Assembly (NCBI GenBank): GCA_001600695.1
Contig: BCKQ01000003.1
Coordinates: 1,185,370 to 1,249,369 of the forward strand
Direction of reading: 5' to 3'
Source: Ascoidea asiatica JCM 7603
Lineage: Eukaryota; Fungi; Ascomycota
DNA: 64,000 bases
In this document: positions 46,069-55,988 of the stretch, piece by piece
How positions within the stretch are numbered: position 1 is the stretch's first letter
How the letters are laid out: the number at the start of each line of letters is the position of its first letter
Made by a program: the position numbers and the translations under genes
Notes under the pieces: generated by a model
Database searches by the model: none
What the model saw: only the letters and a program-made list of their open reading frames with translations
What the model was told of the DNA's origin: nothing

Positions 46069-47668
46069 CTGTTAATTTCAGTGGTTACAGTCTTGTCATT
46101 CTCGAGATATACTCTACTTTTACAGTTTGAAGAATTATTTATTGCTTCGATTGATTATTTTTTTTTTTGGGCTGATTGTTTTAGAAAATGAGACATATTT
46201 ATTTCATAGATCTATTTGAGTTAAATAGATAATAATATTTTGATATATCTTTTTAACTATTTCAAATCGAAAAAAAGGTAGTTCATTCTTTTTGACTGTT
46301 TACGGATGTAGCTTTTTATTTCATTTTCTTTTTGTTTAACTGGATGAATTACAAACTAAGAAAAAGCTAGATTTCATTTTTTCCATGTAATCGAAATAGA
46401 TGAAATTAAAGCAATAAAAAAATTCAATCAATAATTTCTTATGGTATTCGTTTCATATTAATTTCTGCATCTCTAGTACGAAGAGGCCCAAAACCCAGGT
46501 AAAATCTTCCTGTTTTACACCATTTTTTTGAAGATGAAAGTTTCAATAGTTCGAATCAACAATTAGTTTATTTAGATATTAAATGCACAAAAAAGCAATT
46601 GGGCTACTGGTTAAACGTGGTGAAAATTGTTGATCTCAAGTTTTATATTCAGTTTCTTTTTTTATTTTCAGACTTAAACTTGAAGTAGTGAATTTCAGCC
46701 AAGAGAAAAAAAAATTAGTAATATTCATGTTCCATAAAGGCAAGGATATGGATATGTTATTTCAGGGAATTTAAGAAAAAAATAAAATCAACCTTGCTTC
46801 AGATGATATGCTTGTACATACTTTTAAGAAAAAATTAATACTTTTTTGGTACTCAACCAACATTCAGTTTAATTTCCAGTTCCGATAAGCAAAACTAAGA
46901 TAAATTCACAAGATCTTAAGTTTTTTTCGAGTCTTACAAGCGATAAAAATGTCTGAATATTTTTCTTGGCTTTCAATAAAGGAAGATATTATCTTGAACC
47001 AATAAAATGACTTATTATTTTTCGGAAAATAATATTTCATAACACTAAAATAATATTATTTGGCTCAATATATTTTTGATCCTCATTTTTGGTTCAAAGA
47101 CTTGATTATGAGACATTTTGATGATTTTTGGTATTATTCTATTATTATCTCCCTTTATGAAGTTCTAGATAATAATAGTTTTAAAAAATTTGTAACTGAA
47201 AATTGCGTGATACATGGAGTCTTAGAAATTTATAGAAATGAAATTGGATTTCAAAAATGATATTCAACCCTTGTAAATCATAACATTTATTTGTTTCAAC
47301 CTAGGTTAAATTTAATAATATGATTCTCAAAAGAAGTAGAGAAGCAGTTTTTAAATAATTTAATTCTGTTGAATAATTTTCAATCAATTTTTATAATGAT
47401 TTTATATTGATTATTTAAGGAGAATGAAAGAAAAAGAACTGAATGTAAATGAAATTAAAATTGATAAGTTATATGACATTATATGAAAATCTAAGAAATT
47501 TGAAAGTAAATGAAAGTAAAAAAAAAAAAAAGAAGAAAAAACAGAAAATTATACTATTTGTTAGTTTATTGATTAGTTTATTAATTAAATTATTGATTGA
47601 TTGATGGTTTGACATATGGATATATTAAATTACCGGTTGAATGGTTAATTAATTAGCGAGGTGAAATA

Positions 47669-48176
47669 TCATGGAGAATAACCGAAATTCTTCAAAGTTG
47701 AGTTGGAAATATTCAAAGTGATTAATAAATTAGTATAAGTCAAATCATTACCAGTTAAATAATAATAACCTCTTTTAATTAAATAGAAAGTATAAGAAGG
47801 TAAAAATGTTAAACAACCATAAATCATTAAAGATACAAAAATAAGCATAAAAGTATCTAAATTAAATAATAAAATGTCATAGTAATTAATAGTTAGTAAA
47901 TACTGTTAGTGAAAAAAAAAACAAATCAAAATCTGAAATATAATTGAAAGTCAATTTTGCATTCGATTTGACTTCAATTACATTTATATTACACATACGT
48001 AAAACAAATGCTTCACCAGTTGTCATTAAATAGAAAGGCAAATGAATATAATAACTCCAATATATTTTATCTAAAAGCGATAATTGTTTCTCCTGTTCTT
48101 TAAATTCAAATCTATCTACATGATCCATTACTGGAACTTTTGATTTTGATCTTGAGTGAGATTTTGAATTAGCCAT
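47669..48176 (-). CDS. TSC3: Serine palmitoyltransferase small subunit Tsc3, 121 aa, two exons (48176-47999 and 47856-47669)
   Basis: Exon 1 encodes KIYWSYYIHLPFYLM, the Tsc3 signature. Splicing restores EAFVL-H-TFMLIFVSLMIYGCLTFLPSY..RGYYYLTG..YSP*. Exon lengths 178+188 nt give 122 codons including the stop. Confidence 0.9.
47857..47998 (-). other. Spliceosomal intron (142 nt) in TSC3
   Basis: 5' splice site GTATGT (47998-47993), branch point TACTAAC (47898-47892), 3' TAG (47859-47857). Confidence 0.92.
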
Positions 48177-48976
48177 TATAAGTTAGTATGTTATTATTAT
48201 AGAATATTGATACAATATATGCTTTCTTATGACAGGCGAAATAATGAATGTAATTAGATGAATATTTGAATTAATGTAAATTCTGAGATATGATATATTC
48301 GATTGATTACTTTATGAAAAATAATAGGCGTGGTTAACATTTATTACTGATATTTTAGTTTTGGTGTTTTCCGTAAGGTTTGGAAAATGATCACGAAAGG
48401 ACAGAAATTGAATCCATACAACTGGATTTATATAAAAGCACGAAGCTTTATGTTGAGGTACATTAATGTAAGTTCCATTTGTAAGTATCTACCAGTACTG
48501 GGGATCTTTATTCTTAAATGAAACCAGATAGGTGGATTTAAAAAAATAAAACCCTTTTTTTGGGATTTACAAAACGTGACAGACACCAAAAAGTAGGGCC
48601 AGCAAGAAAACGGCAATTTTTAAGAGACGGGCCATTGAAAATATGGAAAAACAAGAACCAAAACAATGCGTAAACAAACAAAAAATATCAAAACAAATCA
48701 AAACACAAAAAAAACAACAACAAAAAAAAGCAAAACAAAGATTTTTGTGGTGGAAGAATTGATTTGGATAAGTCGCAGTTGAACCAAGAGCAACAACAAC
48801 AACAACACTGGCATCAGCATCAGCAACATCGTTAACATCATCAACAACAGTAGTAACACCAGCACCATCATTAGCACCATAATCAGCACTATCACCAAAA
48901 GTATCTGCTTCAGGTACAGTTTTTACCAATTACTATTCATTTTGGGCTAAATGAATATTTTCAATTTTATTAGGCC

Positions 48977-51900
48977 ATGTCAGATAATACTCCAAGTAAC
49001 TTTGAGAACTCTTCACCAGAAATGAGTTTTAATCAAGAAAGACCGATTTTGGAAGATATTCCAGTTTCTTCTTCAAGTGATAGTAATGATTCTGATAATC
49101 AAATTAATAAAATCTCAATTGAAGATCATATTTTAGAACTACCAGATATTCCACAGAATAATATTGAAAATAATAACAAAAATGAAATTGAGAATAATAA
49201 TCAATTCTCAAATACAGATATAAATATAAAAATAAAATCAACAACTATAAATATAAACACAAATGAAAAAGAGATTCATCAGAATTATGATTCATATAAT
49301 GAATTATCTGATAATATAGATCCTGAAAAAGATATTGAATCACAAGTTTATAACAAATTATCACAATTTATATCTAACTCCAATGAACAACTCCAATCTG
49401 AAATTTCTAATAATCAATCTCATCCAAATGGGATCATATCCAATATTAATTCTAATGAAAATAATACAAATATTAACAATGATGAAAATAATAATAATAA
49501 GAACAATAATTCAGGTCACTCTGATTATATTCAATCTACTCAATTGCCAAATAATAACAACAATGATAATAAAAATAATCTTTCTGATCCCGAGAATAGT
49601 AATATAATTGATATTGATTCTGAAGATGAATCTCAGGAAAATGATAATAATCATACTTCTAAAAGAGTATTACGAAAACCAAAATCTCCTGAAGTTATTG
49701 ATTTCTCTGATTCTGATGATTCTAATTCAATTGCAGATATGGATTCTGATGAAATTATAGATATAAATGATAGTGATAATTCAAATACAAATAATATTAC
49801 TAATAATAAAAATAAGAATGATATTGAAAATTCAAATTCAAATTCATCTTTTTTAAGAAAAAGTCCGAGAAATAAAGTAAATTTAAATTCAAGTAATCAT
49901 TATTTAAGAAATAATCCAAATTATAATCCAAATAGAACCAATTTAAGGCAAAGCACAAGATTAAGTGAAAAATTTAAAAAACATGAAGAAAAATTAAAAA
50001 ATGAAATTGAGAATAAAAATGAAGAAGAAAATTTAGTTGATGAAAATTTTGATTCTGATACATCCAATGACTCTTTTTATTCTCATCCTATAGTGAACAA
50101 TAATGTATCAAATAATAATCATAATCAGAATACAAATCAGAATACTAATCAGAGCACTACTAATATTCAGAGTAATAATAATAATATTCAAAATCAAAAC
50201 AATGAAATAGAAATCGATGAATCAGAAGATGATGATGTAGATACTATTGAAAGAAATGTAAAAGCAATAATAGCGTCTTCCAGAATCGATAATAATGATA
50301 ATAATTCAAATACTAATGAGAAGGATTCTTTAATAAAAATTAAACGTGAATTTACTCAGAATGAAGTATCACTAACCAAAAAGAAATCAGTAAATCAAAA
50401 TGGAAATCAATCCCAACCTGAATCTAAAATTGATTATCAAAATAATATTAATAATAATAACAGCAACAAGAACACTTTAACTAATATCAATAATAATGGA
50501 AAAGAAAATAATAACAAAGATGAAAATAAAGGAGATAATAATAACATTATGTCAAATAATAAAATTAAGAAAAAAGAATCACCTATTAAAAATTATACTC
50601 CAGATCCTAATGAAGGTTATATTTATTCAAAAAGACTTAATAATTGTCCGTATTTCACTAAAAATAATACAGTAATGACAACAGTTAATCCAATATATGG
50701 ATTTAATAAATTAAAAAGTAATGATTTATTACCAAATTTATTCAATAATATATTTAGATTTGATTCAAATATTAAAGATTTATTAAGTCAAATTTATTTA
50801 AGTATTTTAGATCCAGATTATACAATAAATAATTTCAATAAAGAATCAGATATATATAAAATGCCAATAAAATTTAATAAAACAAATTGGGCACAATTTA
50901 AATATGGATATGCATGCTATTATTATTATGAATCAAATAATGAATTATTTGCAATTGATATTTCATCTGTTGAAGGTCATTCTAAAGAAGATTATGAATT
51001 TATGTTTTCAGAAATTTGTCCAGATATCAAAATATTCAATAATGAAGAACAAATAGAATTTGAAGAACTTTTAAGCAATTTAGAAAAGATCGATAAATTT
51101 TTTTATTTTCAAAAAGTTTTAAGTATAATTGATCATAATATTTTATTTTTTGCAAAAATGAAAGATGCAGAACTTTTATTAGAAAATTATTTTAATGAAA
51201 ATCATAATATTAAATTTAATGGTGAAAAATTAAAATTTAAAACTGTTAAAAGAGTTGAAACAAGAGGATCAAGAGATTATTTTTCATTTGAAGGACAACA
51301 ATATTATACAAGTACAAGAGCAATAAATTTTGAATTAGATAAATCAAATGAATTTAAAAATTATTTAAAAACTCCATTATGTTTAAGAATGACACTTAGA
51401 AATAAAATATTACCACTAAATTATGAAGAAATGTATGGAGATACAACATATTTTAAAGAACATAATGAAAAAATAAATGGAATTTCTAATGCAGATCCAA
51501 TGAGATTTCAATCTGAATTTAAAATTATAAAAGATGATTATAATAATGAAGAAAATATATTATGTAATTATAATTTCAATCCGTCAATGGATATTTTAAC
51601 AGTTGAAATTAAAGATGGTATGAAATTTAATTCATATGTTAAAGTTGAAGAAATTGAAAATGAAGAAGGAATTAATATTATAATACCTCCAGAATACTTT
51701 GATAATGAGGATATTGGAAATCGAATTCGAAATAAAAATAGAAGTAAAAATTCAAATATAAATAAAAATAAAGGTAGAATAAAGACAAATGACAATGAAA
51801 ATGAAAATGATTATGAAGATAATTATGATGAATTTAATTTAAATATAGCGAATAAATTATTGGGTAAAAAAAGAAAAACTAAATCCAAGAAAATTGATAC

Positions 51901-52660
51901 AAGACCAGTGATAGAATATTTTCAACCTTTAAAGAAAAAGAAAAGGAAAAGAGTTGACTATTATAATGAATTTAATGAACTTGATAATAATAGTAATAAT
52001 AATGATAGCAGTTTTGATTTTTCAGATAGTGATGAAAAATATACTAGAAAAAGAAGTCGTGGTAGAGGAGCTAGAATGCAAAATGAAATACAGCGATTTA
52101 AATCCAGAAACAATGGAATTAATTCAAATACAAATATGAATTTTAATAATAGTGATAATGAAATTGGAAATAGAAGTCGAAATAGAAATGGAATTGGAAA
52201 TGAAGAATTTGATGAATCTAGAGTAATAGATATTGGAGACAGTTCAGATTCTGATTATTTTTCAGATCTTGAAGTTGAACAAATAATACCGGATAAAAAA
52301 CAACAGACGATCGATGTTTCTGGAGATCTGGATAGTGATAGTGATTCTGAAGTTGAACAAACATTTTCTTTAGAAAAGACAAATAATCAAAATCTTGTTG
52401 AAGAACAAGAAAAAAAACCAGCTCAAGAAATAGAAGAAGGGAACCAAACTGAGAATCAGAATTTGGAACCAAGACCAAATGAACAATACAACAATATAGA
52501 AGAAACTCGAGAACAAGAGGAAAAACAGAGTGAAGAAGAACAAGAAGAACAAGAACCTGAACAAGTAGAATATGGTAATGGTGGTGAAAATGATGATGAA
52601 CTAGGATCGGATATTAATTTGGAAGAAGATTTTGAAATTCTTGGAGATTTACTAAGCTAA
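48977..52660 (+). CDS. Large uncharacterised probably nuclear protein: N-rich/acidic disordered ends, several SIM-like motifs and a central globular domain
   Basis: 1227-aa ORF with yeast-like codon use. Motifs IIDIDSEDE, VIDFSDSDD, IIDINDSD and VIDIGDSSDSD, plus NLS-like KKKKRKR. Confidence 0.8.
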   Translation: MSDNTPSNFENSSPEMSFNQERPILEDIPVSSSSDSNDSDNQINKISIEDHILELPDIPQNNIENNNKNEIENNNQFSNTDINIKIKSTTININTNEKEIHQNYDSYNELSDNIDPEKDIESQVYNKLSQFISNSNEQLQSEISNNQSHPNGIISNINSNENNTNINNDENNNNKNNNSGHSDYIQSTQLPNNNNNDNKNNLSDPENSNIIDIDSEDESQENDNNHTSKRVLRKPKSPEVIDFSDSDDSNSIADMDSDEIIDINDSDNSNTNNITNNKNKNDIENSNSNSSFLRKSPRNKVNLNSSNHYLRNNPNYNPNRTNLRQSTRLSEKFKKHEEKLKNEIENKNEEENLVDENFDSDTSNDSFYSHPIVNNNVSNNNHNQNTNQNTNQSTTNIQSNNNNIQNQNNEIEIDESEDDDVDTIERNVKAIIASSRIDNNDNNSNTNEKDSLIKIKREFTQNEVSLTKKKSVNQNGNQSQPESKIDYQNNINNNNSNKNTLTNINNNGKENNNKDENKGDNNNIMSNNKIKKKESPIKNYTPDPNEGYIYSKRLNNCPYFTKNNTVMTTVNPIYGFNKLKSNDLLPNLFNNIFRFDSNIKDLLSQIYLSILDPDYTINNFNKESDIYKMPIKFNKTNWAQFKYGYACYYYYESNNELFAIDISSVEGHSKEDYEFMFSEICPDIKIFNNEEQIEFEELLSNLEKIDKFFYFQKVLSIIDHNILFFAKMKDAELLLENYFNENHNIKFNGEKLKFKTVKRVETRGSRDYFSFEGQQYYTSTRAINFELDKSNEFKNYLKTPLCLRMTLRNKILPLNYEEMYGDTTYFKEHNEKINGISNADPMRFQSEFKIIKDDYNNEENILCNYNFNPSMDILTVEIKDGMKFNSYVKVEEIENEEGINIIIPPEYFDNEDIGNRIRNKNRSKNSNINKNKGRIKTNDNENENDYEDNYDEFNLNIANKLLGKKRKTKSKKIDTRPVIEYFQPLKKKKRKRVDYYNEFNELDNNSNNNDSSFDFSDSDEKYTRKRSRGRGARMQNEIQRFKSRNNGINSNTNMNFNNSDNEIGNRSRNRNGIGNEEFDESRVIDIGDSSDSDYFSDLEVEQIIPDKKQQTIDVSGDLDSDSDSEVEQTFSLEKTNNQNLVEEQEKKPAQEIEEGNQTENQNLEPRPNEQYNNIEETREQEEKQSEEEQEEQEPEQVEYGNGGENDDELGSDINLEEDFEILGDLLS

Positions 52661-53007
52661 TTTGAATAAAATTTGCTAGATAATGTATTTAATCAATTGT
52701 ATGTAAAAATAGTTAGAATTGTATTTTTGGACTAATGAAATAATAATTTTTTTTGCTTTTTGTTTGATGAATAGATTTTTGTAAAACCGATATAGTAGTC
52801 TAGTAAAAAAGGTGTTTTCCTTATTAAAATCTATAATATCAACGATAACAATAATAACAATAATAATGATAATCAATCGATTAACTCTCTTAAAATTATA
52901 TTTATTACCAAAGTACTTTTAACTGGCCAATCAGAGCAAAGTACAATAACCTACTGCTAATGGTGATGAGCAAGCTCGGGTGTCGGGAATCAAAAGATTT
53001 CTTCCGT

Positions 53008-53079
53008 GGCCTGTTGGTCTAGAGGTATGATACCATCTTAGGGTGATGGTGGTCCCGGGTTCGATTCCCGGATAGGCCC
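53008..53079 (+). tRNA. tRNA-Pro (anticodon AGG), intronless
   Basis: Acceptor GGCCTGT/ATAGGCC, A-box TGGTCTAGAGG, anticodon stem CCATC/GATGG with loop TTAGGGT (AGG at 53040-42), T-arm CCGGG-TTCGATT-CCCGG. Confidence 0.95.
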
Positions 53080-53087
53080 TTTTTTTT
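53080..53087 (+). terminator. RNA polymerase III oligo-T terminator of the tRNA-Pro gene
   Basis: T8 run immediately after the discriminator base. Confidence 0.85.
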
Positions 53088-53313
53088 GCACTTTTTATAT
53101 CGTGTGATTTTATTTTTATTTTATTGTTTAATTTTTCACTGTCAGACAGAAATAGATCGAAACAGATTGAATTGAATTAGAAGAAATGAACGAAATAAAA
53201 AGAATAATTCAATCAGAATCCCAAGAAACTAGAAACCATCTTCTTTTTATTCATTCACTTGTCTGTTCAATGTATATCCGATTGTATATTCACTTGTTTA
53301 GTTAATCTTAATA

Positions 53314-55530
53314 ATGCTCAGGTCTCCACTAAGAACAATATCATATCCCTTAAAGAAAAACATTAATCAGATATGTTATTGTTCAACCAAATTTAAATCT
53401 AACTCTAAATTATTCAACTCTATTTATTATAATCAAAAATCATTCAATTCAACAATTTCATTTCCTTCAAAGGATTCTATTTACTCAAAGTTTCAATTTC
53501 CATCAGCAACTCATTCTATTCAATCAATTGATAAAAATTTAAGTAATTTAATTAATAATAATACTAAAGTTATAATTGATGGATGGATTGATCAAAAACC
53601 AAAAAAAATTTCAAAAAATTTATTATTTATAAATTTTAGAGATTTTAATGGTGATTTAACTCAATTAATTTATAATTCAAATGAAAATTTAACTGAAAAT
53701 CAAAAAGATTTATTTGATTTAATCAAATCTTCTCAAGTTGAAGATTCAATATCTGTTTCAGGTTATATTCATAAACGTCATATTCCTCAACAAGAAAAAG
53801 AGCAAAGTAGTAATAGTGATGACAAGTCATTATTATGGGATTTAAAAATAACTGATTTTCAAATTTTAAATAATTCATCTTTAATAACTTCTCAATTAAA
53901 TAATTTAAAAAAAACTCCAGATTTATATCCATCAAAATATCGTTATTTACAATTGAGATCAAATTATTTTCAAAAAAATATTAGAAAAAGATCAGAAATA
54001 TCTCAAATTATTCGAAATTTCTTAATTAATGAAAAAAATTTTATAGAAATTGAAACTCCATTATTATTTAAATCAACTCCAGAAGGTGCAAGAGAATTTT
54101 TAATTCCAACAAGATTTAAAAATTCATTCTATGCTTTACCACAATCTCCTCAACAATATAAACAATTATTAATGGCAAGTGGTTTTAATAAATATTTTCA
54201 AATTGCAAAATGTTTTAGAGATGAAGATTTAAGAAGTGATAGACAGCCTGAATTCACTCAAATTGATTTAGAAATGAGTTTCTCAAATCATAATCATATT
54301 CAAAATTTAATTCAATCTTTAATTATCAAAATTTGGGATAAAGCTGTGAATTTATCACTTTATTCTCCAATTATTACTTCCAGTAATAATAATAACGATC
54401 AATCAATTGGCAATCAATCAATTAATCATGATAGTTTAATAGAACTAGAAAGAGATAATTCTTCAATAATTCCAAAATTAACTTATAATAATGCTTTAAA
54501 TTATTATGGTATTGATAAACCAGATTTAAGATATAATATTAGTTTTATAAATCTAGCAGAACTTAATTATATAGAGAAAACTGAATCAAATGATTTTCCA
54601 ATTTTTGAAATTTGTATATTGAAAAAAGATTCAGTCAATTTCAAATTAAATAAATCTTTATATGATAAAAAAAATTATAAATTAAGAAAACCAATAATTT
54701 TTGAAATTAAATCTGAAAAGGATATTGAAGATTTGATTGAAAATTTTGAAAAAACTAAAATTGTTAAATTTAAAGATTCAGAAAAATTAAATTTATTAAA
54801 GTTTTTAAATTTAAAAGTTGGTGATATTATTGCAGGTTCAACAAGAGCAGAATTAACTTATGAAAATCCAACTCCGTTAGGTAGATTTCGTCAATTAGTT
54901 ATTGAAAATCATCCTGATCTATTTAGAAAAAAATTAATAAAAAACAATGAAACTAATAATGAAATCAGTGAAATAAATCAACCTTTATTAAAAGATACTT
55001 TTGTTGCAACTTGGTTAGTTGATTTTCCATTGTTTTCTCCAACTGAAGAACAAGAACCATTAATAATTAATAATAATAAATATCCAAATTATAATTTTGA
55101 TAAATTAGAATCTACTCATCATCCTTTTACAATGGTCAATTTAGATGATTATGAAATGTTAGAAACTAATCCTTTAAAAGTTAGAGGTGATCATTATGAT
55201 ATTGTAATTAATGGAATTGAAGTTGGTGGAGGTTCTAGAAGAGTTCATGATCCAATTTTACAAAATTTTATATTTAAAAAAATTTTAAAAATTGATAATT
55301 CTGAAGAATTATTTGGACATTTATTACATGCTTTTAGTACTGGTTGTCCACCACATGCTGGTTTAGCATTAGGATTTGATAGAATGTGTGCAATGTTAAT
55401 TGGTAGTAAAAGTATTAGAGACGTTATTGCCTTTCCAAAAAATATGAATGGTGCTGATGTTGTTGTCGGTAGTCCTTCAAACGTTCAAGATAAAGTCTTG
55501 AAAGAATATTTCATTAAAAAATTAGAATGA
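53314..55530 (+). CDS. MSD1: Mitochondrial aspartyl-tRNA synthetase
   Basis: Presequence, YRYLQLR, IETPLLFKSTPEGAREF, LPQSPQQYKQLLM, CFRDEDLRSDRQPEFTQIDLEM, PPHAGLALGFDR, IRDVIAFPK. Confidence 0.96.
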   Translation: MLRSPLRTISYPLKKNINQICYCSTKFKSNSKLFNSIYYNQKSFNSTISFPSKDSIYSKFQFPSATHSIQSIDKNLSNLINNNTKVIIDGWIDQKPKKISKNLLFINFRDFNGDLTQLIYNSNENLTENQKDLFDLIKSSQVEDSISVSGYIHKRHIPQQEKEQSSNSDDKSLLWDLKITDFQILNNSSLITSQLNNLKKTPDLYPSKYRYLQLRSNYFQKNIRKRSEISQIIRNFLINEKNFIEIETPLLFKSTPEGAREFLIPTRFKNSFYALPQSPQQYKQLLMASGFNKYFQIAKCFRDEDLRSDRQPEFTQIDLEMSFSNHNHIQNLIQSLIIKIWDKAVNLSLYSPIITSSNNNNDQSIGNQSINHDSLIELERDNSSIIPKLTYNNALNYYGIDKPDLRYNISFINLAELNYIEKTESNDFPIFEICILKKDSVNFKLNKSLYDKKNYKLRKPIIFEIKSEKDIEDLIENFEKTKIVKFKDSEKLNLLKFLNLKVGDIIAGSTRAELTYENPTPLGRFRQLVIENHPDLFRKKLIKNNETNNEISEINQPLLKDTFVATWLVDFPLFSPTEEQEPLIINNNKYPNYNFDKLESTHHPFTMVNLDDYEMLETNPLKVRGDHYDIVINGIEVGGGSRRVHDPILQNFIFKKILKIDNSEELFGHLLHAFSTGCPPHAGLALGFDRMCAMLIGSKSIRDVIAFPKNMNGADVVVGSPSNVQDKVLKEYFIKKLE

Positions 55531-55988
55531 AATATTTAGTCCTGAGGGTTCAATATGAATTCCAGTTTACCAAATAATTAAAATTAAAATTCACTCGAGT
55601 AATTGAACCAATTATTGAATGAATATCCAATTAATTTTTTCTTAAGAAATTTGTTTGAATATTTTCATAAACATTGTTTCAATTATCGTATGTTAAAATG
55701 TCTTACTTTTTCAAAAAAAAAACGAATAATGTTTCTGAATAATTATTTAATGCAATTCAGTTACTTCGAAACAAAAAACGAAAAACAAAAAATTTCTTTT
55801 CAATGTTCATTCAATTAGCGTTATTTTATCACAGTGTTATCAAAAGATTTTCAAGGCACTGTTCTGCAAATACTACTCTACTTTATATATAAAATGTTTT
55901 TGTTGATATTGAAAAGTTACGTGTATATATTATATTTTTTAATTAAAACTTATAGATAAATTAGAAATAAAAAACTATAGAAATCATA

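Noticed and set aside
47886-48176. The 96-aa ORF as listed in the track
   Set aside because: Its last 37 codons are intron read-through. The spliced TSC3 model replaces it.
53036-53046. Possible TAG (Leu) or CAG anticodon in the tRNA, relevant to CUG reassignment
   Set aside because: Stem pairing fixes the loop as TTAGGGT with AGG in the anticodon position. There is no long variable arm, so it is tRNA-Pro.
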